Assembly: GCA_021650915.1 (NCBI GenBank)
Contig: CP091279.1
Coordinates: forward strand, 1,500,001 to 1,532,000
Length of the DNA: 32,000 bases
Origin: Candidatus Brocadia sp.
Lineage (GTDB): Bacteria > Planctomycetota > Brocadiia > Brocadiales > Brocadiaceae
Reading direction: 5' to 3'
A model generated the notes under the pieces. It ran no database searches, was not told where the DNA came from, and worked only from the letters and a program-made list of their open reading frames with translations. Both the position numbers and the translations under genes were made by a program. This document shows positions 23,368 to 32,000 of the stretch, in pieces; the first letter of the stretch is position 1; each line of letters opens with the position of its first letter.

Positions 23368-23493
23368 AGTGTAAACTCCGCAAAACAATCCTTCTCTTAT
23401 AAATAAATAGCACCTTCTGATAAGGGGTAAATAGGGTTGCAAAAAAACTTGCAAAAAAAGAAAGATTGGCTTTTTCTCAGCCCTCATCAGGAT

Positions 23494-23549
23494 AACCTCC
23501 TGACATTTTTATAAGGGATAGAATATCGTCAGGCCAAGAGTTGCCTCTT
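23494..23549 (-). repeat. Promoter-like repeat, copy B
   Basis: The minus strand reads TTGGCC, 17 nt, TTATAA, then AGGAGG. About 85% identical over the 39-nt core to copy A at 19487-19540. Confidence 0.5.
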
Positions 23550-23717
23550 TCATATACTCCACGACTATCTTCAAAAAATACACGAGATAGCCAACCGTTA
23601 AGACAACAATACCACCTATAAATACCTTCCAAAGATGATCCTGCATAAGGAATTCTCCTTTTCTCCCGATTACAAGCAGAAATGGGGGTTACGTACGACA
23701 GCGCTGCACCAGGGTAT

Positions 23718-23996
23718 TTAACCATTATTGCTTTTTACTGCGGTGATACGCTCTTCCGGTAAAACGGGTATTTGCCGCAGGTGCGCCTCCGTAATTATGT
23801 GTTTGAGATACGGCAGGCGATGGGCGTCTTCCCCTACGATCACGTAATCAACAAACGGTACCAGTGCAACTACGGACAGGTCTAAATTAGCCGTGCCTTT
23901 TGCATAGCAAAGGTGTATGTTTGTCACCCCGGAACTTTCCAGTTTTTTTGCCATGCCAATGAATCGATCCAGACTACTGATTACCATCGCAGACAT
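23718..23996 (-). CDS. Small hypothetical protein (93 aa), faint DUF2325-like pattern
   Basis: Start reset to MSAMVISS (AAAGGAG 7 nt upstream). FVDYVIVGEDAHRLPYLKHIITEAHLRQIPVL weakly recalls D.V.V.....H........K..A....IPV. No confident family assignment. Confidence 0.45.
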   Translation of the reverse strand: MSAMVISSLDRFIGMAKKLESSGVTNIHLCYAKGTANLDLSVVALVPFVDYVIVGEDAHRLPYLKHIITEAHLRQIPVLPEERITAVKSNNG

Positions 23997-24182
23997 AATT
24001 TTTCTCCTTTCTGCCCTCTTCCTTGTGTTAATTCTGTAATTCACTCTCCATGTTACCGCAAACGACGTAATAAAAGTTGACGCAGAATATTCGTTATAGC
24101 AAGCCGTTCATTGAAATCTCAGAATCTCACAGTCGTCATGCTCCTTCGAGAGGACAACGCCCTCTTGTCAAAGACTATAGTT

Positions 24183-24304
24183 AACAGGCTGTCCAAGAAT
24201 TCAATGTCAATCTCAAACATACACCGTATACTGCCTGATATTGATGTTACAGATCAATATATCGTATAGCCGCGGCGCTTAAAGCAATTCTCAGACAGCC
24301 TGTT
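24183..24304. repeat. 11-bp perfect inverted repeat pair flanking a 100-bp spacer
   Basis: AACAGGCTGTC at 24183-24193 and GACAGCCTGTT at 24294-24304, between the MCO stop and the 93-aa gene start. Confidence 0.5.
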
Positions 24305-24312
24305 ATGAACCG

Positions 24313-26295
24313 TTACTTTCCTCCGTGCTTCATCGGGATAGGAAGATCAGCTGGATCGCCTATGAAATACGGACGCATCATCTCGTTGTCCTCATGCTCC
24401 AGGATGTGGCAATGCCACACAAACAGACCCGCGGAGCTATACAGGGCCTTAACGCGGGTGATCTCATTTGGATAGGCAATGACGGTGTCCTTTCGTCCCA
24501 TCTCAGCGGGCAGCGGAGTATTTTGCCCGGCAACGCTCGTACCGCCACCTATCGGTTTGCGACCAACAACCTTGAACTGAACATGGTGGATGTGGATGGG
24601 GTGGGCATCCTCGGTAAAATTGTATATTTCCCAGATTTCAACGTCGCCTTTTGCCGGGTTTTCCGTGATGTGCTCATCCCACATCAGCGGCACTCCTATA
24701 GGGTGAAAAGGATGATGGGAATTTACCGTTCCCTGCAAAGCGGCGATTGGCCCGCCAAAGGACAGCGAAGAGGTTAACTCGTTCAGGCTTACCTGACGAG
24801 TGTTGCTTACCTCACCCAGAAACGGAGATTTGGGTAGATTAGTGGGAATAATGCCTGTATCCGTTCCAGTAATTGAATTCCCAACCACGATCTTAATTAC
24901 CTGACCGGTAGTGCCGGGGTCGGCTGCAGGGAAATCCGCATTTGGCGCACCGCCACCGAATGGCTCGTCAGGCCCCTCGTTGATAAGGTAGAAAGTTTCG
25001 TTATTTTTACCCGTAAGGTCTATGATGACATCAGCTCGCTCCGCCGGACTCATGAGTAATTGACCCTGGGTCACCGTTTCAGGCAGAAAACCTCCTTCCG
25101 CACCGATCTGCACAAAACTCAGATCCGCGGTTGCGGGTCTGGCGGCAAGAGGGTCCTTTACCAGTTTGAGGATCAGGAACCGGGAGTTGCAACCATTCAA
25201 AAACCGGATGCGGTAGCGTCTTGGCTCCACGTTGAGCACGGGCCAGGTTTTGCCATTTACTACCATGGTGTTAAAAAATGCCTCGGGGTTCCACCGTGGC
25301 GGGACGTCGCTGGCCGGAATAAACGGACCATTAAAGCCATCGAAAAACTTCCGGCGCGCCGGATAGAACAGAGAGCCGTTTTTGTTGAATGACCGATCCT
25401 GAATCGCGATAGGAATTTCCGTGATTACGTCCGCGCCTGATCCCGGTGGGTTGTACCCCAGATTGACATCGAAGTTACCGCCCCGTAAGAGATAGAAACC
25501 CGCCGGTCCGGCATAGACGTTCAAACGGGTCATACCCAGGGTGTGATCGTGGAACCATAAGGTCGTGGCCGCCTGCTGATTGTCATATTCATAGGTGGCA
25601 GCCCCGCCGCCCCATTCACTCCCCAGGGTATTGGAAGGCAGATTTTTGAAATGGTCAAAGAATGACCCTTTGGTAGCGAAGCCGGCCGGAATGTTCTTGG
25701 CATCGGGGAGATACCAAGCCCCAGGGTATCCATCGAACTGCTGCTGATTTATCCCGCCGTGCAGGTGGACAACCATAGGAACCGGGCCTTTGTATTTGAC
25801 GGCGGTCTTGCCGCGGCTGTCCTGGTTGCCCTCTCCGGCCTCGGGGTTTGCCCAGTGAAGATGCTGGTCAATCGGAAGCAGGTGGGGTAAGAAATTACCC
25901 TGTTCATCCACCAGACCATTGATCCACTTGACCCTGACGGGCTTGCCGACTTGAGCCTCTATCGTGAAAGCAGGGTAATTCAGCGTACCTGCCAGGTTTG
26001 ACTCTGAGCCATAGCTCCATACCGTTGTGCTCGGCATGCCTGTGGGCAGAATCTGCTGTTTAAACTGCCGCACGGATATCTCATAGTAATCGCCTGCGAA
26101 GCTCGCGGGTGAGGGAGACTTGGGCATCGGCGGCGGGATGACCAGCGGTTCCACATACTTGGGAATTTTCAGTGGATCCAGGGTTCCTCCCGGAAGTGGT
26201 TGGGCTATCAAGCCTGAGACTCTCACGAGCGCAAGCAACCCTATAACTGCGACAATCAAGAGCCGCATAGGTGAAAATTTTTTTCTGTAACTCAT
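24313..26295 (-). CDS. Exported three-domain multicopper oxidase (CotA/bilirubin-oxidase/CueO class)
   Basis: Signal peptide MSYRKKFSPMRLLIVAVIGLLALVRVSG. Cu motifs VVHLHGG, WFHDHTLGMT, HPIHIHHVQF and WHCHILEHEDNEMM. SD GAGGAGGAG upstream. Confidence 0.95.
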   Translation of the reverse strand: MSYRKKFSPMRLLIVAVIGLLALVRVSGLIAQPLPGGTLDPLKIPKYVEPLVIPPPMPKSPSPASFAGDYYEISVRQFKQQILPTGMPSTTVWSYGSESNLAGTLNYPAFTIEAQVGKPVRVKWINGLVDEQGNFLPHLLPIDQHLHWANPEAGEGNQDSRGKTAVKYKGPVPMVVHLHGGINQQQFDGYPGAWYLPDAKNIPAGFATKGSFFDHFKNLPSNTLGSEWGGGAATYEYDNQQAATTLWFHDHTLGMTRLNVYAGPAGFYLLRGGNFDVNLGYNPPGSGADVITEIPIAIQDRSFNKNGSLFYPARRKFFDGFNGPFIPASDVPPRWNPEAFFNTMVVNGKTWPVLNVEPRRYRIRFLNGCNSRFLILKLVKDPLAARPATADLSFVQIGAEGGFLPETVTQGQLLMSPAERADVIIDLTGKNNETFYLINEGPDEPFGGGAPNADFPAADPGTTGQVIKIVVGNSITGTDTGIIPTNLPKSPFLGEVSNTRQVSLNELTSSLSFGGPIAALQGTVNSHHPFHPIGVPLMWDEHITENPAKGDVEIWEIYNFTEDAHPIHIHHVQFKVVGRKPIGGGTSVAGQNTPLPAEMGRKDTVIAYPNEITRVKALYSSAGLFVWHCHILEHEDNEMMRPYFIGDPADLPIPMKHGGK

Positions 26296-26500
26296 TTCTG
26301 CTCCTCCTCATTTCATAAAAAACATGATTCTGATAAACCTTTAAAACGTGCTCATCCTAAGTATTTTCAATGATTTCGTTTCTCCTCCTTCCCCACATCC
26401 TTGCGAATTCATCTCCTTAGTCCTGCGTCTACCTCTCTGTCGAGAATCGGTATCAGACAGGACACCGGTTAATCCGGACTGATGTCAACCCGGCGCCCAT

Positions 26501-26524
26501 GGCCATTAAGGCCATTAAGGCCAT
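26501..26524. repeat. Short tandem repeat (GGCCATTAA x 2.7)
   Basis: ggccattaa ggccattaa ggccat read directly, in the nirK-MCO intergenic region. Confidence 0.7.
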
Positions 26525-26656
26525 CACAGATCCTCATCGTTCGGACATCATAATAAAGAATAACTTAGGATCATTTTCCAAAGTGAATGACGACGACGAG
26601 GCTTGTTTCCCCGCGTCTTGCGAACGAATTATCATAACGGGTAATTTTACCAACCC

Positions 26657-27775
26657 TTAATGCCCCGATCCCGTTGCCTCCGGACTGTAAATGTTATGAG
26701 GCCACTTTTTTGATTTATTTACGTGCAGATATCCTTCAGCGCCTTTGACCACCCGAAAAAGGGCATGATCGACCAGCGGATACTGTCCGGGCACCAATGC
26801 CTCAAATTCAAATATAGCGGCTGATCCCGGTGGAATGTACGCCGTCTCCTCGTTCCTTATAACACTCCGGTAGTGACCCGGATAAAATTTATCGAAGATT
26901 TGACCAATGATGTGGAAGTTGGAACCAATGTTCGGTCCGCCGTTAACAAAGAAAATGCGAACCATATCACCCTGATTTACCATCATGGTATTGCCGTGTA
27001 TTGATGGATCTGTAAGGGCTTTTGTATGTCCGTTAAAGGTAAAATAGTCGGGGCGCTCGGACAAAGCCTTCTCCTCATCAAGGGAATACCCGTCCATATC
27101 CGGATGGTGTTCAACGCCTGATTTTATATACCACTCCCCCTGCCCGACGTAGAATTCTTTAACCTCTCTTCCCTCCTTTTCGTCCGAGTTTTTGAGCGCC
27201 TTGTACGCGTTCTTAAGTCCTCCCTTTGGCTCCACCATAATCAGGCCGTACATACCGTAGGCTACATGTTCCCACGGCATTCCTTCACCAGCGCAGTGAT
27301 AAATATAAGCGCCAGTCCTCATTGCCTTGAATTGTAAGGTCTTGGTTTCTCCTGGCTCAACGTCTGTAACTGCGGCGCCACCGCCAGGACCAATAACCGC
27401 ATGGAGATCTATGTTGTGAGGTTCCACATTATTCGAATCGTTGGTCAGGTTGATCACTACGGTATCGCCCTCCATGACCCGTATCATAGGGCCTGGCACG
27501 GTGCATGGCCCGACAACATCCCCCTTTTTTTCCGCAAAACACCAAAACCAGAATTGCTTCCCGGGCGCTAATTCGGCAATAACCTCTTTAATAACCAAAT
27601 TTACGGTAACTGTCGTGGGGTTGCTCCGTGTAATAGGCGGTGGAATTTCAGCCGGGTTTTTTGCAACGGTATCAAGTATTTCAACGGCTGATACGCTCCT
27701 GACCGGAGCCACCGCTATTACGCCGGTCATCAATGCACCCGTTAACAATCCATACCATACTTTTATTCCTGTCAT
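26657..27775 (-). CDS. nirK: Copper-containing nitrite reductase NirK
   Basis: EPHNIDLHAV, YIYHCAGEGMPWEHVAYGMYG (T1/T2 Cu ligands) and NFHIIGQIFD. Signal or anchor MTGIKVWYGLLTGALMTGVIAVAPVRSVSA. Start reset to ATG 27775 (AAGGAGAGGG upstream); the track start at 27805 is a TTG. Confidence 0.95.
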   Translation of the reverse strand: MTGIKVWYGLLTGALMTGVIAVAPVRSVSAVEILDTVAKNPAEIPPPITRSNPTTVTVNLVIKEVIAELAPGKQFWFWCFAEKKGDVVGPCTVPGPMIRVMEGDTVVINLTNDSNNVEPHNIDLHAVIGPGGGAAVTDVEPGETKTLQFKAMRTGAYIYHCAGEGMPWEHVAYGMYGLIMVEPKGGLKNAYKALKNSDEKEGREVKEFYVGQGEWYIKSGVEHHPDMDGYSLDEEKALSERPDYFTFNGHTKALTDPSIHGNTMMVNQGDMVRIFFVNGGPNIGSNFHIIGQIFDKFYPGHYRSVIRNEETAYIPPGSAAIFEFEALVPGQYPLVDHALFRVVKGAEGYLHVNKSKKWPHNIYSPEATGSGH

Positions 27776-27849
27776 CACTTCCCTCTCCTTAAAAATAGAC
27801 TTCAATGAATTAGGCTGCCTTTGGCAGCGGCTTTTAATTTCCCCTCAGT

Positions 27850-27876
27850 GCAGAGCGACCAGGCTGGTCGCTCTGC
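27850..27876. repeat. REP-like palindrome, copy 3 (GCAGAGCGACCAG-G-CTGGTCGCTCTGC)
   Basis: 13-nt perfect arms. Relative to copy 1, the arm position G...C has become C...G on both arms, which preserves pairing. Located between the FAD-oxidoreductase stop and the nirK start. Confidence 0.8.
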
Positions 27877-28022
27877 CTGGGGCGGTGGGTGTATTCCCGC
27901 AAACACAACACACCCCTGACCCTCTCTCCAGAGACGATTTACAAAAGACTGAAATCCCTAAGCAAAGAACGGCCTCTTCGATGCGAATGAGACTTGCTCT
28001 CAGTATATTCATAAAAATTTTT

Positions 28023-29462
28023 TTACCTTGATACCGATATAAAATCTTTCTCCAACAACCCGGCCCCTGAACGCATATCCTGTATTTGTCCTTTTTCATA
28101 ATGCCTTTCAGACACAATATGCCGAGCTGCTGCAATGCCCATCTCCATAGCTGTATCCATAAAAATATACCGGAACGCACCCTGCCTGCCGCAGGTAATC
28201 AGGTTGTCAAACTGATCAAGAAAATTTAAAAGTCTTCCCTGGTGACTGCGATAATCAAGGGAATATACCGGATAGCCGTGCGTTACCCGGGACGTAAAAT
28301 ATCCGGTAACGTCGTCCCGCACATTGATTCCCAATTCACACAAGTCAGTAAGACACCGTGCAAGCAACTCCTCGTCACCATAATTCCACAGATCATCATT
28401 CACATCACACGGCATCTCCAGCATCAGCGACGTCTTGCCATCAGGGGCATTAAAAGGGCTGCGCCGTCTGGGTTCCTGAATACGGGTCATGACATATTTC
28501 TTTTCAGCAACATACATCCAGGTATTGTCACTAATATCAGAACGGCCTACTAACATGTTCATAAACCGGATTGCACGATACCTGAGTCCGCGCGCATCCG
28601 GCAGGATATCCCGCACAAGATGCTCCGGAAGGGCATGGATCAGGTCAGGCAATGGCATGGTAGAAATAACGCCATCGCAATCAATTTCCCTGAGGAAACC
28701 ATGGTGCATATACCGTATTTTTTTTACCGTGCCGCCACAAACTTCCACGCCGGAAACGTCTGCATGCGTCACGATCCGCCCGCCGTTTTGCCGCACTACC
28801 TTTGCCATGACCTCAAAGATCTGCCCGATCCCCTTTCTGGGATAAAAATAGGTGCGGGCGTACGTGCGCGGCGTATCCTCTTTCAGACCGGACAGCCGCA
28901 GGCATACATCACTGAGATTCAGAAGCGCGATTCTCTGAGACGCCCAGTCTGACGAGATGAGTTTTGGGGAAATACCCCACACCTTTTCAGTGTAGGGACC
29001 AAAAAACAGATCATAGAGAATGCGTCCGAAACGATGCGTCACCCAGTCATAAAAGGAAACCTCTTTTTTCCTTAGAAATACTGCGATAACCGCTTCTTTC
29101 ATAAAGGAAAAAAAGGCCATGATGCCCGTCCGAAAACCAATCTTTGCAAAAAGATCTCGCGCGCTGAGCGGATATTGAAAGGTTTTCCCGTTTAGCAGAA
29201 TAACACTCTTTCTCTCCGCAGTAAGGAGTTCATCACCCATCATCCGGCAAACGCGGTCCACGAACCCCTTATTCGGTGAAACAAAACGATGCCCGCCGAG
29301 GTCAAAGCGATAACCCTGATATTCATGGGTTATGCACAATCCCCCGACCCCGGAATCCTTTTCGAGAACGGTAACATCATAGCCGTTCTCCGACAGCTCC
29401 CATGCTGCAGATAATCCGCAGGGACCGCCACCAAGGACAACGATATTTCTCATTTTTGTCAC
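28023..29462 (-). CDS. FAD-dependent oxidoreductase (protoporphyrinogen/amine-oxidase-like Rossmann family)
   Basis: MRNIVVLGGGPCGLSAAWELSENGYDVTVLEKDSGVGGL (GxGxxG dinucleotide fold), then FDLGGHRF. The start is ambiguous: GTG 29462 (AAGGGAG 7 nt upstream) or ATG 29453. The track start at 29498 is unlikely. Confidence 0.8.
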   Translation of the reverse strand: MTKMRNIVVLGGGPCGLSAAWELSENGYDVTVLEKDSGVGGLCITHEYQGYRFDLGGHRFVSPNKGFVDRVCRMMGDELLTAERKSVILLNGKTFQYPLSARDLFAKIGFRTGIMAFFSFMKEAVIAVFLRKKEVSFYDWVTHRFGRILYDLFFGPYTEKVWGISPKLISSDWASQRIALLNLSDVCLRLSGLKEDTPRTYARTYFYPRKGIGQIFEVMAKVVRQNGGRIVTHADVSGVEVCGGTVKKIRYMHHGFLREIDCDGVISTMPLPDLIHALPEHLVRDILPDARGLRYRAIRFMNMLVGRSDISDNTWMYVAEKKYVMTRIQEPRRRSPFNAPDGKTSLMLEMPCDVNDDLWNYGDEELLARCLTDLCELGINVRDDVTGYFTSRVTHGYPVYSLDYRSHQGRLLNFLDQFDNLITCGRQGAFRYIFMDTAMEMGIAAARHIVSERHYEKGQIQDMRSGAGLLEKDFISVSR

Positions 29463-29585
29463 GACAGCGCTCCCTTCGCCGCACATACACAAGGGCACTA
29501 TGACAGGAAAAGAAGAGTGTTTTTATGTTAAGGGATAAAAACAGGTTAGTGCCCTTGCATATATGCAGCAAAATCCATGCGTTCG

Positions 29586-29645
29586 AACAAAATACCGCGG
29601 AGCAAACCGCGCCGCCACAATCCCCTCCCGCCGGGAGGGGATTGT
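29586..29645 (-). terminator. Probable intrinsic terminator downstream of the porin gene
   Basis: Perfect 13-bp GC-rich hairpin ACAATCCCCTCCC-gcc-GGGAGGGGATTGT (29617-29645). On the minus strand a second 5-bp hairpin (29596-29611) and GTATTTTGTT follow. Confidence 0.55.
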
Positions 29646-29674
29646 CATGCAGCGCTTCAGATACAGCAACATCA

Positions 29675-31147
29675 TTAGAAATAGGTCGCAACGGAAAATA
29701 CGAATGCGTTGTTACCACGATCAGCAAGGTCTTTCTCTTCCATATTGATCTGATAATCAAACTTAAAGACCGTATCTTCAGTATAGCGATAGTTTATACC
29801 AGGGGTAACCCTGTTCCTCAGATAGTCGATCCTTCCATCAGTAGCATCAAGCTCTGACGTTTTCACCTGATCCCATCTCAAGACACCCGTAAAGGTTGAG
29901 TTCTCGGTAAAGATCTTTGGCGCCCAGGATCTTAAACATGAGGGCATAAAGTGGTACCTGCCTTCCAGGTAATATCCCCACATAGAATCAGCGATACCCG
30001 CGTCTTCTGCAAAATCGTTTGTTTCTATAAAGGCATAAGCGCCTTCGCCAACCAATTCAAATGGCCCCTTTTGATATGCAAAATCCAACGCCGGAATGGT
30101 TATCTGATTCTCGTTTTTGTCATCATACCGCTGCGTATAGGTAGAACCGCCAAATTCCAAACCGATAAATGGGCTATACGCAATGCGTCCGACAACACCA
30201 GGGCTCTGATTCTCGTTATCAAACTCAAATCCCCCCCGGGAGGCTCTCAAACCTCTGTTGGCCGTAAAATCTGAGTCGCCAGCATCATCTAAACCATGAA
30301 ATACACCATTGGTAACGTAAACTTCATAATCAAGCTTGCCCAACTCTGTCGGATAAAGACTGCCAAAGAACCCCATCCCAGCATCCGTAAGGGTCGTTGG
30401 GATGATATATTGACTTATTAAGGGACGATCCGTAAGGTCTTGCAGAGGGGAATCATGAACCAGATTAAACTTTCCCAGAGGGGTAAGAATGAAACCAGCC
30501 CGGTAGTTAATCCAGTCCGTTATTAAAAAATCCATGGTTGCAAATTCCAGAATCACCTCACCGTCCCTGCCCCCTTCAACGCCGCCATGCTCAAATTCAA
30601 TTTCTGCCGCAAGCTTTACACGATCCGAGATGTCAGAATATATGAAGGGTATGAACCTGTGCTGGTCAAAACCGTGATTTCCGCTATCGGATTCAGACGC
30701 CCAGTATTCAAAATCCATATAACCGCCGACATAAGTATTTCTCCCGAACCTGCGCAAAAATGGCTTCGTGTAAGGGTCACGAAAGGCGGGGCCAAGGTGC
30801 TTTTTTTCAACGTCATCATATTTCTTGGCAAAATATGCCTCGCCACCGATTGACCCCTCTTCGCTGGGAACAACCTGAGTCTCCGCTACTTCTTTCTTTA
30901 ACGAAGCGATCTCCTTATCCTTCTTTGCGTCCTTCTCCCGTAATTCAGCAATTTCCTGCCCCTTCTTCATGTCTCTTTCAAGCTGCTGCTTGAGGAGGTC
31001 CTTTACCTCGGACAACTCCTTTTCCATCTTATCGACCTTGCTCCTCAACATCTCCGTTTCAGAAGACTCTGCAAATGCATTCGAAATGAAAAACACCGGC
31101 ACCAGGCATAATGCAACTATCAGTGCCCCATACCACATAAACCGCAT
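29675..31147 (-). CDS. Outer-membrane beta-barrel porin-like protein with an N-terminal coiled coil
   Basis: Signal peptide MRFMWYGALIVALCLVPVFFISNAFA. About 70 aa of heptad-like charged sequence (KVDKMEKELSEVKDLLKQQLERDMKK...). A long Gly/Tyr/Asp-rich region with alternating pattern ends in the typical terminal aromatic ...FVFSVATYF. SD GAAAGGAGG upstream. Confidence 0.7.
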   Translation of the reverse strand: MRFMWYGALIVALCLVPVFFISNAFAESSETEMLRSKVDKMEKELSEVKDLLKQQLERDMKKGQEIAELREKDAKKDKEIASLKKEVAETQVVPSEEGSIGGEAYFAKKYDDVEKKHLGPAFRDPYTKPFLRRFGRNTYVGGYMDFEYWASESDSGNHGFDQHRFIPFIYSDISDRVKLAAEIEFEHGGVEGGRDGEVILEFATMDFLITDWINYRAGFILTPLGKFNLVHDSPLQDLTDRPLISQYIIPTTLTDAGMGFFGSLYPTELGKLDYEVYVTNGVFHGLDDAGDSDFTANRGLRASRGGFEFDNENQSPGVVGRIAYSPFIGLEFGGSTYTQRYDDKNENQITIPALDFAYQKGPFELVGEGAYAFIETNDFAEDAGIADSMWGYYLEGRYHFMPSCLRSWAPKIFTENSTFTGVLRWDQVKTSELDATDGRIDYLRNRVTPGINYRYTEDTVFKFDYQINMEEKDLADRGNNAFVFSVATYF

Positions 31148-31491
31148 TTTTTCCTCCTTTCAAAAATCACATAAAAATTGAATGAGACTCACTCTCAACC
31201 AAAGACAGGCCAAATTATATTCATTCTCTCACGATTGTCAAGAGTAATTTTAAATAAAATGAATGCTCAAAGAAGAAGCATGTTCCGGCTTAGGTTTGAA
31301 CGGAGGTCTGCCGGTCATGTCACATGCCGCGCCCCTGCACGGCAACGGATGTTGTTATTGGATTTTTCCAAAAAACTCCTGTATTGCATTTTAAAAACAT
31401 TTGCATAATTTGATCCGGTTTGTTATTATTCTTCAGGATAAAAGAGGGATGGTAAACCACTTTTTGTATTGACATTTTGAGGAAAGAACGT

Positions 31492-32000
31492 ATGGCAAAG
31501 AAGGCTGCGGGGACTAAAAAGAGCTGTTCTTTTTGTGGGAGAAACTATGATGCGGTGAGCCGTTTGATTCAGGGCGATGCAGATACCTACATCTGCAATG
31601 AATGCGTTGATGCATGCCACCTGCTGCTGAAAAAAGACCAAAAGCACATCCCGTCAAAACCTATCGGGAAAATACCCACCCCGCCACAAATCAAAGAACA
31701 TCTGGATGAATACATCATAGGTCAGGAGAAGGCAAAAAAAACGCTTGCCGTTGCAGTATACAACCATTATAAGCGGTTAATTACGAGGACCAGCAGTGAG
31801 GGTGTTGAAATAGAAAAAAGCAATATTTTGCTTATCGGCCCCACGGGTTCCGGGAAGACACTTCTTGCACGCACCCTCGCCAAAATCCTTGATGTTCCTT
31901 TTACTATTGCAGACGCCACCACCCTTACCGAGGCAGGCTACGTGGGAGAAGACGTGGAAAATGTGCTCTTAGGCCTGTTAAGAAATGCCGATTTCAATCT
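31492..32000 (+). CDS. clpX: ATP-dependent Clp protease ATP-binding subunit ClpX (N-terminal part; continues off the window)
   Basis: Hand translation gives [39 protein letters not shown] (C4 zinc finger), then [29 protein letters not shown] and [45 protein letters not shown]. Confidence 0.95.
   Translation, partial: MAKKAAGTKKSCSFCGRNYDAVSRLIQGDADTYICNECVDACHLLLKKDQKHIPSKPIGKIPTPPQIKEHLDEYIIGQEKAKKTLAVAVYNHYKRLITRTSSEGVEIEKSNILLIGPTGSGKTLLARTLAKILDVPFTIADATTLTEAGYVGEDVENVLLGLLRNADFN

Noticed and set aside
23434-23460. Possible sigma-54 promoter at GGGTTGCAAAAAAACTTGCAAAAAAAG
   Set aside because: There is a TTGCA but no correctly spaced TGGCAC-type GG element, and it is on the + strand while all nearby genes are on the - strand.
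23176-23487. 103-aa ORF with a good AGGAGG SD just downstream of promoter-like repeat copy B
   Set aside because: Most of the sequence (…ECARNDN…, …VIARVLSEAIS…) is read straight through the inverted GTCATTGCGAG/CGAAGCAATC repeats and the T-rich duplication. There is no domain signature, so I treat it as non-coding leader. Ribosome profiling could overturn this.
26453-26524. Met-rich 23-aa mini-ORF (MALMALMAMGAGLTSVRINRCPV) on the minus strand upstream of the multicopper oxidase, with GAGGA 7 nt upstream
   Set aside because: The Met/Ala pattern is simply the GGCCATTAA tandem repeat read in frame. A Cu-responsive leader peptide is an attractive idea, but nothing beyond the repeat supports it.
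31178-31647. ORFs 31178-31408 (+) and 31426-31647 (-) near clpX
   Set aside because: The first lies in the divergent promoter region, with no SD and low-complexity basic sequence. The second is antisense to the clear ClpX zinc-finger N-terminus.
1-32000. Scan for CRISPR arrays, tRNA/rRNA genes, transposases, integrases and prophage genes
   Set aside because: I saw no regularly spaced direct repeats, no cloverleaf-like or rRNA-like segments in the intergenic gaps, and no DDE or tyrosine-recombinase-like ORFs. The AT-rich insert at 6947-7544 has no recognisable flanking mobility gene or terminal repeats.

Overview
Densely coded 32-kb chromosomal segment, mid-40s % GC by eye. Gene content suggests an anammox planctomycete (Brocadiales-like); that is an inference, not a database result. 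Left third, + strand: a divergently transcribed hybrid sensor kinase, then an NQR/RNF-type membrane redox operon (RnfC-like Fe-S subunit, NqrB/RnfD, NqrC/RnfG, fused NqrD-NqrE, NqrF-like). An AT-rich two-gene module (small coiled-coil protein plus DUF6516/TumE-like protein) interrupts this operon. A pentapeptide-repeat gene remnant and a 1266-aa UvrD/AddA-type helicase-nuclease follow. From 27.8 kb down to 13.4 kb everything is on the - strand: NirK, a three-domain multicopper oxidase, a small unknown, a ~700-bp repeat-rich non-coding stretch, an HMA-like protein, two small single-pass membrane proteins, a non-CPC P1B-type ATPase, a 51-aa ORF, an exported FMN-bind/ApbE fusion and a TlpA-like thioredoxin. 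The highlight ends this block: one gene fuses a signal peptide, a diheme cytochrome c and a family-1 encapsulin shell. It lies 3 nt upstream of an 838-aa fusion of a two-domain multicopper oxidase to an octaheme HAO-like module, a candidate extracytoplasmic redox nanocompartment. The right edge holds an FAD oxidoreductase, a coiled-coil/beta-barrel porin and the start of clpX. Non-coding structure includes a REP-like palindrome family with a compensatory arm substitution, a duplicated ~55-bp promoter-like element and inverted GTCATTGCGAG-type repeats. I saw no rRNA, tRNA, CRISPR array, transposase or integrase. All family assignments rest on motifs read by eye and remembered family signatures; no searches were run.
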